Below, in pieces: positions 9,831 through 21,425 of a stretch of DNA of 50,738 nt. Made by a program: the position numbers and the translations under genes. Location: IMG/VR virus record IMGVR_UViG_3300005807_000006, positions 1 to 50,738 of that record, one strand, 5' to 3'. Origin of the DNA: a virus (lineage: Duplodnaviria; Caudoviricetes). Numbering within the stretch: the stretch's first letter is position 1; every line of letters begins with the position of its first letter. The notes beneath the pieces are model-generated. The model was not told the DNA's origin. It saw only the letters and a program-made list of their open reading frames with translations, and ran no database searches.

Positions 9831-11755
9831 TGGATCGACAATTAGAAAATGAAATAAACTCATTCTCTGGTAGAGAGAGAAAGCCAGACGCTAGCATTAA
9901 CAGGGCGACTTTCTTTGATCCTGATAAACGAGCCGAAGTTATAAAGCTAGCGGAGTCCAGAAACCTTCCCATTGAATTTGTGCAAAATAATGTTGAAGAA
10001 GTTTCGAGGCAAGAAAAATATGACAAAGTAAAGATAGATCAAAAAACACACCCTAAAGTTTACAATTACATGATTGGAGAAGCTAATAGTCAGGTTTCTA
10101 TTGATGATGTGGATAATTTAAAAGGGATGGAAGATGCCATAAAAAAATCTGAGGTGGGATTATTATCGAATACTATGGCATTATTATTAAATACAACAAA
10201 CGAATTAACGGGCAATCTTTTGGAGTTTGCCGGACATATAGATGAAAATATTAGTAAAGATTTTGCTAGGAGAGGAGTACCTAACCCCGGTTTTTATCCC
10301 GGAGAAGATGGGATGGAGTGGTCATGGGATCTCGCCAAAGAAGGGGAGTATAAATCTGGTCTTAAACATATTGGAAAAGCTATTTCTGATACGAACACAA
10401 ACACTTACGGCTACGTCCATGATTTTACGTGGGAAAAGTTTAAAGGCGATATTAATGTGAAAAACCTTACTGGCTATGCGTTTGAATCTTTTGGTGGGTC
10501 TTTACCTCATATGCTGTCTTCTATATATGCATTCCCAGCTTACATAGCTTCAAGGACTCAAGGGATAGCTGAAAAAAGAGTAAAAAACGACAAAAGGTCG
10601 GAAGTCTTAGATGAAGATCTAGCTCAAGCTTTAATTCCGGCTTTAACCATAGGGATGTTGGAAAGGTACGCCAGTAAGTTTATTTTTAAACCTAGTAAAG
10701 GCGGTATAGCAAAAGCTTTTGCTACTGGGGCGGCGGTTGAAGGGGTAGAAGAGTTTGTTCACGAAGGCATTGAATATCTAGGTGAGACTATTGGCACTAA
10801 AAAGAAAATTTCAATGGCTGAAATGTTTGATAGGCAGATGGCTGGTCTTGTTGCTGGCTCTGTTATAGGCGGTACAATAAAGTCAGCTGGGGCGACCTTT
10901 GAGGCTGTTTCAGCCAAGCTGAATAAGAACTTAGCGGTTAATATTGAATCAATGGGAGAGCAGGAGATCATTGATCAGATAATTACCTTCTCTCAATCAA
11001 GCAAGACTAGGGAAAGAATGGGCGATAGGTTTGGCGCATTTGTAGAAAGCCTAGGATCGACCAAGCAGATCCATATATCTAATGAGGCTATCAGCGACGC
11101 AATAGAGCAAGGGATCGAACTGCCGCCTTACATCACCGACCAGCTAGGTGGGGTTTTAACTGATATTACGATCAGTGTTGATAAATTTGCAAGAGATATA
11201 GCTGCTAATGATGAGCTAATGAGTGTGATCAGAGAGCACATAAAATTAAACCCTAACACTCTTACTCAATCAGAAATAAAAGAAGAGGACGAATTATCAG
11301 TAAAATCACTTTTAGCTAAAGCAACCAAAGAGAAGGAAGTTTTAACCGAATCTCAGAAAATATATGAGGATGTTAAAGATCAGATCGTTGACACTGGCAG
11401 ACAAAGCGAGCTTACCGCAAAATTCAGTGCATCTATAATCCCTAAGTGGGTCGCTCAAAAAGTCAAATCTACAGGAAAAAGCGCAAAAGAAATTTATGCT
11501 ATGATGGGGCTTAAAGTTGTTAGTGAACAAGCCAAGATAGAGACAAAAGATAAAGTAGAAATAAAACAAGGCGCAACCAAGTCTGGAATAAGTTACAAGC
11601 AAGATTTTGGAGATATTGTTTTTAAAGAAAAAAGAACTCTTAGCTCTGGTAAAACGGTTAGCACAGAACAACCCGCCAAGCGTGTTTGGGAGCGTGGAAT
11701 AAAAAGACGTAATCAAGCAATAAAACTAAAGGCGTGCTTAAATGAGCTTAGCTAA
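9830..11755 (+). CDS. Internal virion (ejection) protein
   Basis: 641 aa with Gly/Ala-rich amphipathic centre (GAAVEGVEEFVHEGIEY); position. Confidence 0.55.
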   Translation: MDRQLENEINSFSGRERKPDASINRATFFDPDKRAEVIKLAESRNLPIEFVQNNVEEVSRQEKYDKVKIDQKTHPKVYNYMIGEANSQVSIDDVDNLKGMEDAIKKSEVGLLSNTMALLLNTTNELTGNLLEFAGHIDENISKDFARRGVPNPGFYPGEDGMEWSWDLAKEGEYKSGLKHIGKAISDTNTNTYGYVHDFTWEKFKGDINVKNLTGYAFESFGGSLPHMLSSIYAFPAYIASRTQGIAEKRVKNDKRSEVLDEDLAQALIPALTIGMLERYASKFIFKPSKGGIAKAFATGAAVEGVEEFVHEGIEYLGETIGTKKKISMAEMFDRQMAGLVAGSVIGGTIKSAGATFEAVSAKLNKNLAVNIESMGEQEIIDQIITFSQSSKTRERMGDRFGAFVESLGSTKQIHISNEAISDAIEQGIELPPYITDQLGGVLTDITISVDKFARDIAANDELMSVIREHIKLNPNTLTQSEIKEEDELSVKSLLAKATKEKEVLTESQKIYEDVKDQIVDTGRQSELTAKFSASIIPKWVAQKVKSTGKSAKEIYAMMGLKVVSEQAKIETKDKVEIKQGATKSGISYKQDFGDIVFKEKRTLSSGKTVSTEQPAKRVWERGIKRRNQAIKLKACLNELS

Positions 11756-14700
11756 ATGTCTTAAAAAGATAGCAATAAATAAGCCTGATAAGAAGTCAGT
11801 CGATGAAATATTAGATGGCTTAGTTCAAGACGGCATGACGCAAGAAGAAATAAATTCTGCTGAAAGTCAGGCGGTTGAACAATATTTATCATCGATTGAT
11901 ACTGATCTAGATAATATGGCTATTCGAGCTGAAAGTCTTGGCGGTACTATTGCAAAATCTGATACTACAGAGTTGAGTAAAAAAGGAGAAAAAGTATATG
12001 ACGAAATTACAAGACGACCTGAAAAAATTGACGAGCGGAAAGCTAGGCAAGCCATTATCGACCAAGCGAAAGCAAGAGATGATGCGCAATCTTTATCCGA
12101 GTTCAACCGAGCAAAAAAAGGCGAAGAAGTAACTTTTACCCATCGTTCTTTTGAAGATTTTACCACGTTTGATGATAGTTTATTAGGCTCAAACACCACA
12201 ACACCTAGTGGAAACTTAGGGCATTACCTTTCTGCTGCTGACATTGCTAACGCTGATCGATATGGTAGCGAGGTTAGCGTTCACCAATTTTCTTTCAAAA
12301 ACCCTTTAGTCATATCGGCTGAAACTTTTGAATCTGTCATGTCTGATCTTAGTGTTAAAGAAGTTATGGAGCGCAGAAAGGCTCTCATGGATCTTGGTCA
12401 CGATGGGATACTAGTTGAAGAGTTGAATTGGGCTATTGCCTTTGAAAGCTCAACGCTGACTAAGCTTAAAGATGATGCGGCATTATTGTTAGAACAGGAT
12501 AGTCAAACACTGGTAGAAACCGAATACCAAGGTACTATTGCCAAAGAAAAAACCGAATGGGAGCAAGCGACTGAAAAGTTTGGCAAAGAAGGTATGACCA
12601 AGGAGGCGAGGCTTGAGCGGGCTAAAGAAATGGGGTTTGATACTTCAACTGTTTTTATTCACGATACATCATACAGAATGAACAGGGAAGATATTGGATC
12701 AATAAAAAAAATAGAGACTGGTGAAGATAGAACAATGTTTGATGGTTTATTTTCTGAGTCTGATGAGTATTACGACGGCTTAGAGGGAGACAACATCTTT
12801 TTTGTTAAAAATCATTTAAGCCACGGAAAATTTGACGAAATTTTTAATTCAAATATTAAAGAGTCAAGAAATAAAGTAGAGGCAGAAATTTATGATTATG
12901 GTGAACTTAACGAGGATCATAAAGAGCTAATAGACGATCTGATAACAGAGGATAAAGACAATCTTTATGACCTTACTGATAATTACGATGCTTTACCTAT
13001 ATGGATTTCTGATTTATTTGGTCAGACTAATGTGGGGCTAATTGAGTGGGAGATTCAAAGAATAAGAGGGAACATAGCGAAAGAATTTGGATATGATGCT
13101 GTCGATATGTACGATGAAACGGGGACATCCACTTTATTACTTGCCACCAGCGGGGTTCGCAATATAAATGCAGCATTTGACCCAGATAAAGCCGACTCAT
13201 CTAACCTTTTATATCAAGACGGTAAAACAATAGATCGAGGATCATTCACACCTTTAGGTGTTAAGCCTTTTTCAGAAGAGTCCATCATCAAGCTAACTAA
13301 AAGCTCCGATTTATCATCATTCTTGCATGAGTCTGCCCACTTATTCCTAGATATGGAAGCTAGATTTGCTAGTGTTTCAAGTGAAACAAGCAAAGATCAG
13401 CAAACTATCCTTGATTTTCTTGGGATGAAATCTTTTAATGATTTAATTATTGAAGAAACTGGTGTAAGTGACAAGCAGAGAGAGGCGCATGAAAAATGGG
13501 CTGAAACGTTTGAGGTCTACTTAAGAGAGGGTAAAGCCCCCTCTAGCGATTTACAGGCTGCGTTTGCTGCTTTTAAGTCTTGGCTTATTCAGATTTACCG
13601 GTCTTTATCTGACCCTAGATTATCAAGAGCTGATTTAACGCCTGAAATAAAAGAGGTGTTTGATCGACTATTGGCAAGCGAAGTTGAAATTGATCAGATG
13701 TTAGCCGATCCAGCTTATGATCAATTCTTTAAATCGAAAGAACAAGCTGGCATGACAGATAAACAATGGTCTGATTATAATGAGCAGGCTGAAAAAGCAA
13801 GAAACCGCTCTCAAGAAAGCCTCGATAGTAAGTTAATTAAAGAGCTTTATCGTAGAAAAACCAAAGAATGGGATGAAGAGAAAAAACCTATCATTCAGGA
13901 AGAGCTTGAAAGACTTAAAAATGAACCTGTTTATCAATTAATAGACAGTCTGAAAGAAGCCCCTATGAACCGCGCAGAGGTTAGAGAGGCTTTGGGGATG
14001 TCTAAGAAAGCCTCTAAAGAAGAGCGTGCTCAAGCGGCTAAAGTCATTGATACTGAAAACGATTCGCTATTAGTTGCTGCAGCAAGGTCAGGTGGTTTGG
14101 ATATGTCTGTTTGGTCAAAACAAGGAGTTGACCCTGAAAACCTTAAAAAAACCGAGACCTTTAACAATAAGCAAGTTTTTGGAATGCCTGTTTTTAAAAA
14201 GGACTCTGGGTTAACTCCTGATGGTTTGGCTGAGCTAGCCAATGAAAACGGTTATGGAATAGATTTAACTGCAAATAAAGTATTAGACCTAGTCTACCAA
14301 GAATTAAATGGAGAGCCTGTTTACACGCCAGAGGGCATTGCTAAAAGACAAGAAGCTGACTATCGAGAAAAATTTGGTGAAGAAAAGAAAACGCCAGCCA
14401 TTGAAAGAATGATTAACCGGATCACAAAAAAAGACGGCATTGATCCTTATGAGTATCAAGAGTTGTATGACTTTGGAACAATCGAGCAAATGTTCCAGTC
14501 GTTAATTGATGCCAAGCCAATCAAAAAAGCGGCAGTGGAGGCGGCTGAGCAAAAAATGATTGATAATCATGGGGACATTCTTAATGATGGAAGTATTGAA
14601 TTAGAAGTTAGAGAATCCATCCACAATGAAGAGCAAGCAAAATTGGTTCTTGCCGAGTTAAGAGCTTTAAACAAAAAAGCCCCAAAAATCAACCGCGAAA

Positions 14701-17276
14701 GAATGAAAAACCAAGCCAAAGAGCTTGTTTATGAAATGCAGTTTAACGAAATACAGCCTAGCAAATTTTATCGAGCAGAGCTAAAAGCAGCTAAATTGTC
14801 AGTATCAGATAGTGATAATGCTTATCAACATAAACTCCAACAGCTTGCCAACCACTATATGTACAAAGAAGCAGTGAAAGTTAAAGATCAAATGGTCAAA
14901 CAGAGAAAGTATGTTAGGAAGTTACAGACAAAGAAGTATTCTAAAAATGTGGTTCATCCCTCTTATTCTTCAAATATAAGGATGTTGGCAAATGCTTACA
15001 ACATGAAGCAAAGCCAGAGTAAAAACGATAGCGTTGAAAAAATAATTAACTGGATGGTTACTCAAGTTAATGATGAAAATAATTTTATTGATTTTGATGT
15101 TTATGATCCGACCTTAATAAAAGCCATTCAAGATACAGAAATGGGGCTGCCGATTAGTTACGAGCTACCTTCATTTGATAGCATGACTGCAGGTGAAATG
15201 AAAGGACTATCCGATCAACTTAAACATATGAGATATATTGGCGGGCGTTTAGCTAGTGGCAACAAGGAAGCACTTGTCGAGTCCAGAATTCGTTCAGCAG
15301 ACTCAATTGTAAAAAATGGTGGAAAAGAAAAACCTCCCACTCACGAAGAAAGCGTATGGCATAAAAGGATGGAGTGGGTTAAAGGTTTTATTTATTCTCA
15401 TAGAAGAATAGGCGGCATATTCCAGACGCTAGATGGCTTTGAAGTTGGCGGCCCTATGTCTGAGCAGTATGAGATCATAAATAAAGCAACCAATAAACAA
15501 CTAGAGCTAACATCTAACATATCAAAGGCAATGGATGAAGCTTTTAAGGATGTTCTTACTCTTATCAATCGAAGGCGTTCAACGACTATCACAAAAGGAG
15601 ACGGTAAACCATTTAAACTTTATAATAGAGAGAGGTTTGTGCTGGCTTTAAATTGGGGAAATGAGGGTAATCGAAAAGTGGTTATTGATGGATTAAATAA
15701 TACATTTGATGATGTTTATACTAAATCTGATGTAATGAAAATGCTATCAACCATGAGCGATCAAGAGATCATGGCACTTGATAAAATATGGGAGGCAAAA
15801 GAGCCTTTATGGCCAGAAATGTCAGGCGTCGAGGTTAGGCTTAAGGGGATAGTGCCGTCAAAAGTGGAGGCATCTCCTTTCACAATCAACGGCATTGAAG
15901 TAAAAGGTGGTCATTATCGATTGCATTATCGAAAAGATCCAGATGATAGTAGTCGATCAAGAGTTACAGCTGAAAAAGCATTTGGTGATAAGATAAAAAT
16001 AAGCACCGCTTCATCCCTTAATGAAAGGGTTGGTTCTGGTGGTAGGCAGGTTGATTTAGAACTAAGTAATTTATTTCAGGATTTAACCGAAGACATTCAT
16101 TATATTGCCTATGCGGAAATGGCTGACTCAATGAATTCAATGTTTAAAGGGGTTAATAACCCTGTTGTTGGATCGATCATAAAGCACTATGGACATTCTT
16201 ACTATGAAAATTTAGTCGAATCCATAAGCGCGATCACTCAGCCCAGCCAAGATTTAAACCTAGTATACAGGTTTTTAAAACAAGTCAGATCTAATTTAAC
16301 ATATGCTTATCTTGCATTTAGTGTTAGAAATATTGTTCAACAACCTATTGCCATTACAAACACATTCGCGCAGTTAGGTGTAGGATATACCATGAAGGGT
16401 GCTTTTGATTTTTACAAGAACCCTAAAAACAACAAACAGTCTATTATTAATCAAAGCGAGTTTATGAAAAATAGAACGGCTTTAGTTAATCGCGAGGCGC
16501 GCGAGCAGTTAATGAAAATTGACTCCATTCACCCAAAACTTGGGGCAATGAAAAATATGGCTTTTTTGCCTCAAACTTTTATGGATTCGCTGATCGCATA
16601 TCCAACATGGATGGGGGCAAAAGAAAAATACTTAAATGACAATCCGCTTGCTAATGAAAAAGAAGCCAATGCTTTTGCTGATGAAATGGTGGCAAAAACC
16701 ATTGGGTCTGGGCTTACCAAGGACGTTGGATCTATTTTAAATCAAGGTGAAGCCATGAAACAAATAACTTTTATGGGGACATTTTTCAATTTAACATGGA
16801 ATCTTCATGTAGAAAATGCACAATTATTAAAACGTGGTAAAATATCAGGCATGGAATATGCTCGGCGTGTCGGATGGATGGCGATAGTTCCAGCAATTTT
16901 AAGTATGTTTTTGCTTGATGATGTTCCAGAAGATGATGAAAAAAAGGTTGCTCACGCGCTAAAAGAAGTTGCTGCTTACAATATGTCATCATTGTTTTTG
17001 TTGCGAGATTTAGCCAGTACAGCGAAAGGGTTTACCCCGTCAATACCAGGGTTTAAAGTCTTTGAAGGTACTGTCAGGGTAACTAAAGAGATGAAAGGCT
17101 TAATGACTGGCGATGAAGATTTCGATGCTGGCACAGTGGCGAGTATTTTACGAGGATTGCAACCATTAGCCCCGCTACCTGGCTCTGGTCAAGCAGCAAG
17201 AATGCTTGAAGGCTCAGAAGATCCAAAGCAAGGTGTTTGGGGTATGTTAGTAGAAGGTAAAGAAAGAAACAAATAA
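11742..17276 (+). CDS. Large polyvalent ejection protein with zincin-like HExxH and putative ART-like domains
   Basis: 1844 aa; DLSSFLHESAHLF...HEKWAETFEVYLREGKAP; two segments with FKNPLVI...GHDGI and GYDAV...RNINAAFDP. Confidence 0.65.
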   Translation: MSLAKCLKKIAINKPDKKSVDEILDGLVQDGMTQEEINSAESQAVEQYLSSIDTDLDNMAIRAESLGGTIAKSDTTELSKKGEKVYDEITRRPEKIDERKARQAIIDQAKARDDAQSLSEFNRAKKGEEVTFTHRSFEDFTTFDDSLLGSNTTTPSGNLGHYLSAADIANADRYGSEVSVHQFSFKNPLVISAETFESVMSDLSVKEVMERRKALMDLGHDGILVEELNWAIAFESSTLTKLKDDAALLLEQDSQTLVETEYQGTIAKEKTEWEQATEKFGKEGMTKEARLERAKEMGFDTSTVFIHDTSYRMNREDIGSIKKIETGEDRTMFDGLFSESDEYYDGLEGDNIFFVKNHLSHGKFDEIFNSNIKESRNKVEAEIYDYGELNEDHKELIDDLITEDKDNLYDLTDNYDALPIWISDLFGQTNVGLIEWEIQRIRGNIAKEFGYDAVDMYDETGTSTLLLATSGVRNINAAFDPDKADSSNLLYQDGKTIDRGSFTPLGVKPFSEESIIKLTKSSDLSSFLHESAHLFLDMEARFASVSSETSKDQQTILDFLGMKSFNDLIIEETGVSDKQREAHEKWAETFEVYLREGKAPSSDLQAAFAAFKSWLIQIYRSLSDPRLSRADLTPEIKEVFDRLLASEVEIDQMLADPAYDQFFKSKEQAGMTDKQWSDYNEQAEKARNRSQESLDSKLIKELYRRKTKEWDEEKKPIIQEELERLKNEPVYQLIDSLKEAPMNRAEVREALGMSKKASKEERAQAAKVIDTENDSLLVAAARSGGLDMSVWSKQGVDPENLKKTETFNNKQVFGMPVFKKDSGLTPDGLAELANENGYGIDLTANKVLDLVYQELNGEPVYTPEGIAKRQEADYREKFGEEKKTPAIERMINRITKKDGIDPYEYQELYDFGTIEQMFQSLIDAKPIKKAAVEAAEQKMIDNHGDILNDGSIELEVRESIHNEEQAKLVLAELRALNKKAPKINRERMKNQAKELVYEMQFNEIQPSKFYRAELKAAKLSVSDSDNAYQHKLQQLANHYMYKEAVKVKDQMVKQRKYVRKLQTKKYSKNVVHPSYSSNIRMLANAYNMKQSQSKNDSVEKIINWMVTQVNDENNFIDFDVYDPTLIKAIQDTEMGLPISYELPSFDSMTAGEMKGLSDQLKHMRYIGGRLASGNKEALVESRIRSADSIVKNGGKEKPPTHEESVWHKRMEWVKGFIYSHRRIGGIFQTLDGFEVGGPMSEQYEIINKATNKQLELTSNISKAMDEAFKDVLTLINRRRSTTITKGDGKPFKLYNRERFVLALNWGNEGNRKVVIDGLNNTFDDVYTKSDVMKMLSTMSDQEIMALDKIWEAKEPLWPEMSGVEVRLKGIVPSKVEASPFTINGIEVKGGHYRLHYRKDPDDSSRSRVTAEKAFGDKIKISTASSLNERVGSGGRQVDLELSNLFQDLTEDIHYIAYAEMADSMNSMFKGVNNPVVGSIIKHYGHSYYENLVESISAITQPSQDLNLVYRFLKQVRSNLTYAYLAFSVRNIVQQPIAITNTFAQLGVGYTMKGAFDFYKNPKNNKQSIINQSEFMKNRTALVNREAREQLMKIDSIHPKLGAMKNMAFLPQTFMDSLIAYPTWMGAKEKYLNDNPLANEKEANAFADEMVAKTIGSGLTKDVGSILNQGEAMKQITFMGTFFNLTWNLHVENAQLLKRGKISGMEYARRVGWMAIVPAILSMFLLDDVPEDDEKKVAHALKEVAAYNMSSLFLLRDLASTAKGFTPSIPGFKVFEGTVRVTKEMKGLMTGDEDFDAGTVASILRGLQPLAPLPGSGQAARMLEGSEDPKQGVWGMLVEGKERNK

Positions 17277-17286
17277 AGGTAATATT

Positions 17287-19692
17287 ATGACAAGCGTTAA
17301 AAGTAAAAGATTAGGACAAGCTCCAGAGGAGGGGATAAAAGCCCCCGTAAAAGTTGCAACAATAGCCAATTCAACCTTAACAGGTTTGCCAATAATATCA
17401 GGATATCAATTAGTAGCCAATGACAGGGTGCTGGTCAAAAATAATACTGACCTAACTGAAAATGGAATATATCTTGCGGCAACTGGAGCTTGGTCGAGAG
17501 CTAACGACTGGAATAATGATAACGATGTTACTGGCGGTCAATTAGTCATCGATGCAAATACAGGGCTTTTATACAGAACTTCGTTTTCTGGAACTTTTTC
17601 AATTGGGATAACGATTACTAGCTTTATCGTAACTGATGCTGATACAAACTCTAGGCACAGAGACACGTTAGATATTGCAAGAGCGGATGCATCAATACAA
17701 CAGGGTACTCTTCTCCACATTAAAGAAATATCTTCTGGAGATGGTGGAGTAACTATTATTTTTGATGTAATAGCATTTGTAACTGAGCATGTGGGGAATG
17801 GGATTTTCACTCATACAGCAAATACAGCAAATAGCTTTAAAATGAGAGATAGACCTGCGCTTGAAAGCGATACTGTCGCATTAATGGCGGCAAGAACAGA
17901 TATTAAAATTGGATCGGCTATCTACGCAAAAGAACGCTCAACCGGAAACGGCGGCGGCGGACAGTGGAAAGCAATAGACGCTACAACAAGCCCGGGGAAT
18001 GCGCCGAATACTTTTGATATTGTTGCAGGCAATGCTGCGATTAGTTTTTCTTTAATTAAAACAAATGTCATAAATCCTCAAGCATACGGAGCAGCAGGTG
18101 ATGGTGTGGCAGACGATGTTTTAGTTTTACAGCGCATAGCAGACATACTCGAAGATAACGACATAATAAGAGGCAGTAAAGGCAAGAAATACAAAATGTC
18201 TATTAATTTAATAATACGAAATCAGGGTATAGCAATACAAATGCAAAGCATGGATATTAGCTTGTTAGCAAGTGCGACAAGTGCAGTATATTTAATGATA
18301 CTTGATTTAAAGGAATTTAAAGCGGCAAATTGTGATTTTGTAAGCGTAGAAGCTACAACAGCATACACTATTTTACTAGACGGCTCTCACGCAACACTAG
18401 CAACAGGTCATTACACATTCGAAGACTGTAACATAAGTCTAGCTAGACTAGCATTAATACAATTTAGACGAATAAAATACTTGAAAGTAGTCGGTTCAAC
18501 GCTAGAAGATTGCAGCAACTTTCATGGCTTAGGCTCAGAGAGAACGCAACAATTTGGGTTTGCTTCAAATGAAACTATAATTTGCGAAGATAACACTTTT
18601 AAAAATATAAAGGGCTTCGCTGGAGATATACACGGTTTAAATGTGTCGTTTAACCGAAACATAATGATAGACTGTGCATTTGGATCTAAAAACCAAATGT
18701 CGTTAGAAGAAAACGGAGCCAGTGGCGTTAACCCTATGTCAAACGTGACTAGACCTGTGATTTTTTCTTGCTTAGATAATTCTTTCGATTATGATTTTTC
18801 AAGAGCAAAATATACAACTAGTTTATTTGTGTCCCCTGAGTTTTTGTTTAGCAACACTGAGCTGTGTACGTCAGAAAGAAACAATGTTAGCGTTAAAAAT
18901 TTACCCTCAGGCGTAGACTTTGTGCTATACACCATGGGAGTTAAAGATACGTTTATTTCGAGAGATAACGTATATCTATATGACTGTCCCTTGACACTAT
19001 CGCCACCATTGCTACGCTACACAACAGCAGCTAGATTTAGCTGTATAAATGATAAGTTTACTATAAAACAGTTCAACGAGTTTTTTATTGGGTCAGATGG
19101 ACCCGCAAACCAAATCGACATGATTGACTGCGATATAGAGCTGGGAACAGGCATCGGAACAAGACCTAGCAGATACATAATTGGAGCGTTGACCGAAGCA
19201 ATTGATGTAAACTATAAGGGCAATAAGCACAAAGGACAAGTTACGGGGATTACATTTAGACCCCTAGAAATTGGGCTTGCTGTAATCACTAACTTAATTA
19301 TAACTGGCAACATGCAGGTAGATGGGACACAACCGAACACAGGTCTAGTCTCTGGCAAAGTAATCATTAATAATAACATAGGAATAAATAACAAAACAGA
19401 CATTGAAAATGGAATAACAGCTAATGCGGGAGGGGGTCAGTCTAGTGCTGTAGCTTTAACTAGCGAAGTAAACGAAGTTTCTACAGTAGCATCATCTGGG
19501 GATAGCGTAAAGCTGCTATCAGCTAGCGCTGGTCTTAAGCAGACAGTTATAAACTCAGGAGCAAACACTTGTACCGTCTATCCATTTTCAGGCGATGACT
19601 TAGGTGCGGGAGTTAATCTAGGACAATCATTAGCAGTTAATACTAGCATCACTTATTACGCATATACTGGAGTAAAGTGGGTAGCTGGATAA
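17287..19692 (+). CDS. Tailspike/tail fibre with beta-helix (putative depolymerase)
   Basis: DRVLVKN...ENGIY anchor domain; NPQAYGAAGDGVADD pectate-lyase-3-like start; N/I/C-rich repeats. Confidence 0.8.
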   Translation: MTSVKSKRLGQAPEEGIKAPVKVATIANSTLTGLPIISGYQLVANDRVLVKNNTDLTENGIYLAATGAWSRANDWNNDNDVTGGQLVIDANTGLLYRTSFSGTFSIGITITSFIVTDADTNSRHRDTLDIARADASIQQGTLLHIKEISSGDGGVTIIFDVIAFVTEHVGNGIFTHTANTANSFKMRDRPALESDTVALMAARTDIKIGSAIYAKERSTGNGGGGQWKAIDATTSPGNAPNTFDIVAGNAAISFSLIKTNVINPQAYGAAGDGVADDVLVLQRIADILEDNDIIRGSKGKKYKMSINLIIRNQGIAIQMQSMDISLLASATSAVYLMILDLKEFKAANCDFVSVEATTAYTILLDGSHATLATGHYTFEDCNISLARLALIQFRRIKYLKVVGSTLEDCSNFHGLGSERTQQFGFASNETIICEDNTFKNIKGFAGDIHGLNVSFNRNIMIDCAFGSKNQMSLEENGASGVNPMSNVTRPVIFSCLDNSFDYDFSRAKYTTSLFVSPEFLFSNTELCTSERNNVSVKNLPSGVDFVLYTMGVKDTFISRDNVYLYDCPLTLSPPLLRYTTAARFSCINDKFTIKQFNEFFIGSDGPANQIDMIDCDIELGTGIGTRPSRYIIGALTEAIDVNYKGNKHKGQVTGITFRPLEIGLAVITNLIITGNMQVDGTQPNTGLVSGKVIINNNIGINNKTDIENGITANAGGGQSSAVALTSEVNEVSTVASSGDSVKLLSASAGLKQTVINSGANTCTVYPFSGDDLGAGVNLGQSLAVNTSITYYAYTGVKWVAG

Positions 19693-19716
19693 TAGATCAA
19701 CTAAAATAATAATACC

Positions 19717-19744
19717 TTGACATAATATTTTTTAAGCGTATTAT
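19717..19744 (+). promoter_or_regulatory. Sigma70-like promoter
   Basis: TTGACA-16 nt-TATTAT upstream of RHH gene. Confidence 0.55.
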
Positions 19745-19774
19745 TATACGTATGTTAAATAAATAAGGCATTAA

Positions 19775-19999
19775 ATGAGTTATCTCGACCAACCGCCAAA
19801 AGGTTTAAAAAAAGAGATTGAGCCAAAAAAAAACCGTGGGGCACCTAAAAAGCCCGCTAATGAGCGGAGTGTAAATGTAACGATAAGTACTAGTCCTAAG
19901 TTTTTAGAGCTGTTAGACGCGCAGGGAACGGTGTTAGGTAAGACTAGGAGCGGTATGATCGAGGCAGCTTGTATATATTATTTTAAATTGGAGATTTAA
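19775..19999 (+). CDS. Ribbon-helix-helix DNA-binding protein
   Basis: VNVTISTSPKFLELLD...GKTRSGMIEAA pattern, basic RGAPKK N-terminus. Confidence 0.65.
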   Translation: MSYLDQPPKGLKKEIEPKKNRGAPKKPANERSVNVTISTSPKFLELLDAQGTVLGKTRSGMIEAACIYYFKLEI

Positions 20000-20001
20000 A
20001 G

Positions 20002-20927
20002 ATGAACGAACAACTAGCAAAATTAGCAAGAACACTTTTGAAAGAAGATCTTGCTAAGTTAACCAAAACCCACCAGACCATGTTTAAACGGATTTATTCA
20101 CGCGGAAATTTGGGTGCAGATATTAAAGATATTAAAGATATTGTAGATGCGATGCCAGATAACGATCTTGATTGGGTAATGCTGCTAGTGGAGAGGTCTT
20201 TAGATAGTTATGAGGATTAAACGATGAACGTTTATGAGATAGTAATACCGCTCAACAAGCTAAAGTCTTTAGTTGTGTACCCTAGGGGGTTTTATCAGCT
20301 TTGACATCATGAGTCAATTTCCTGCACTATGATAGTTGAAATTATCAAAGAAATTGAAGATAGTATTAATGACGAGCGTAATCACAAAAGATGTCATCAT
20401 CAACGCAGAATCGAAGATCAGCTAACTGAAGAGCTTGCTGGTGTTTCATTTTTACGAAATATTGCTAATTAAAAGGGTTAAATTATGAGTGAATACATCG
20501 GTTGCGTTATTTTAGTTTGGTTCTGGCTTGCTGCAATTTATTATTTAGACGAGAAATTTTTAGGCAAGTTTAAAACGTGGGGGGATTTAATATACCTTCC
20601 ATTCCTTATTGCCTTTTTCTTAAACGTAATAGCAAGTACATTGCTTTTATGTATGATAGTGTTTGTAGCAATTTTTATGGGCATTGGTTGGATAATTTAT
20701 TAAAGGGGAATAATATGAAAAATATTAAATATTTTGTTGCGCTATGGATTGTAGCTAGTGGGACATTTGCAAACTTAGCTATTAAAATTCAGATAGAAGA
20801 ATGCGGGTACATAAATTCAGAAGAAGCAGCTGAAATCATAAAAGACTCTTTATATTTCCCTTTTATCATCATACCTGTCATTGGAAATGAAATTAAAGAA
20901 AGCTCAAAATGTGGGGATGAGAAATGA
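20002..20927 (+). CDS. Cluster of small hypothetical ORFs (20002-20220, 20485-20703 membrane, ~20714-20927)
   Basis: Short co-oriented ORFs with RBS. Confidence 0.5.
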
Positions 20928-21303
20928 AAGCAACTGAACTAGTCAGTAAAATAGCAAGCTATATGAATGAAGAAAAAGACTGTTATGTAGTCATACATTT
21001 TAGAGTATTAATCAACCTACAGCGCGCATTAGCTGAATGCCTGCTAAAAGTTTTGGAAGCACACTTAATTAACAAAACACGGAGGATTAAGCCAATGATT
21101 TAAAGTAACGCTAGATGCGAAGAAGCTTAATTACTTAGACTAAAATAAACAAACTATAGCACAGCCATTGAAAGCAAAGACGAGTTTTTAATGTAATGAA
21201 AAATTATTAATCACGCCAACAGGTACAATAAAATGATAACGCAGGGGGAAAGCCCTTAGATCTGTAAAGTGGAGGATTAATACCTTGGAAGCTAAACTGA
21301 TCC

Positions 21304-21328
21304 AAACGCCCCTTAATTGGGGTTTTTG
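21304..21328 (+). terminator. Intrinsic terminator
   Basis: CCCC TTAATT GGGG followed by TTTTT. Confidence 0.45.
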
Positions 21329-21425
21329 GGTGAAAACTAAATGAGAATAAAGTGATACCGCTACAAGTAAAAATAATTAGTTACGATTTTGGATTTAATT
21401 TATGCAATTGGTATTAGAGGTACGT

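Noticed and set aside
645-19403. Minus-strand ORFs overlapping structural genes
   Set aside because: Antisense shadows of long + strand genes with no recognisable motifs
17287-19692. Diversity-generating retroelement target (BPP-1-like architecture)
   Set aside because: No reverse transcriptase and no TR/VR repeat pair seen
20118-20142. 9-bp tandem repeat AGATATTAA
   Set aside because: Short in-frame duplication (DIKDIKDI), no wider significance evident
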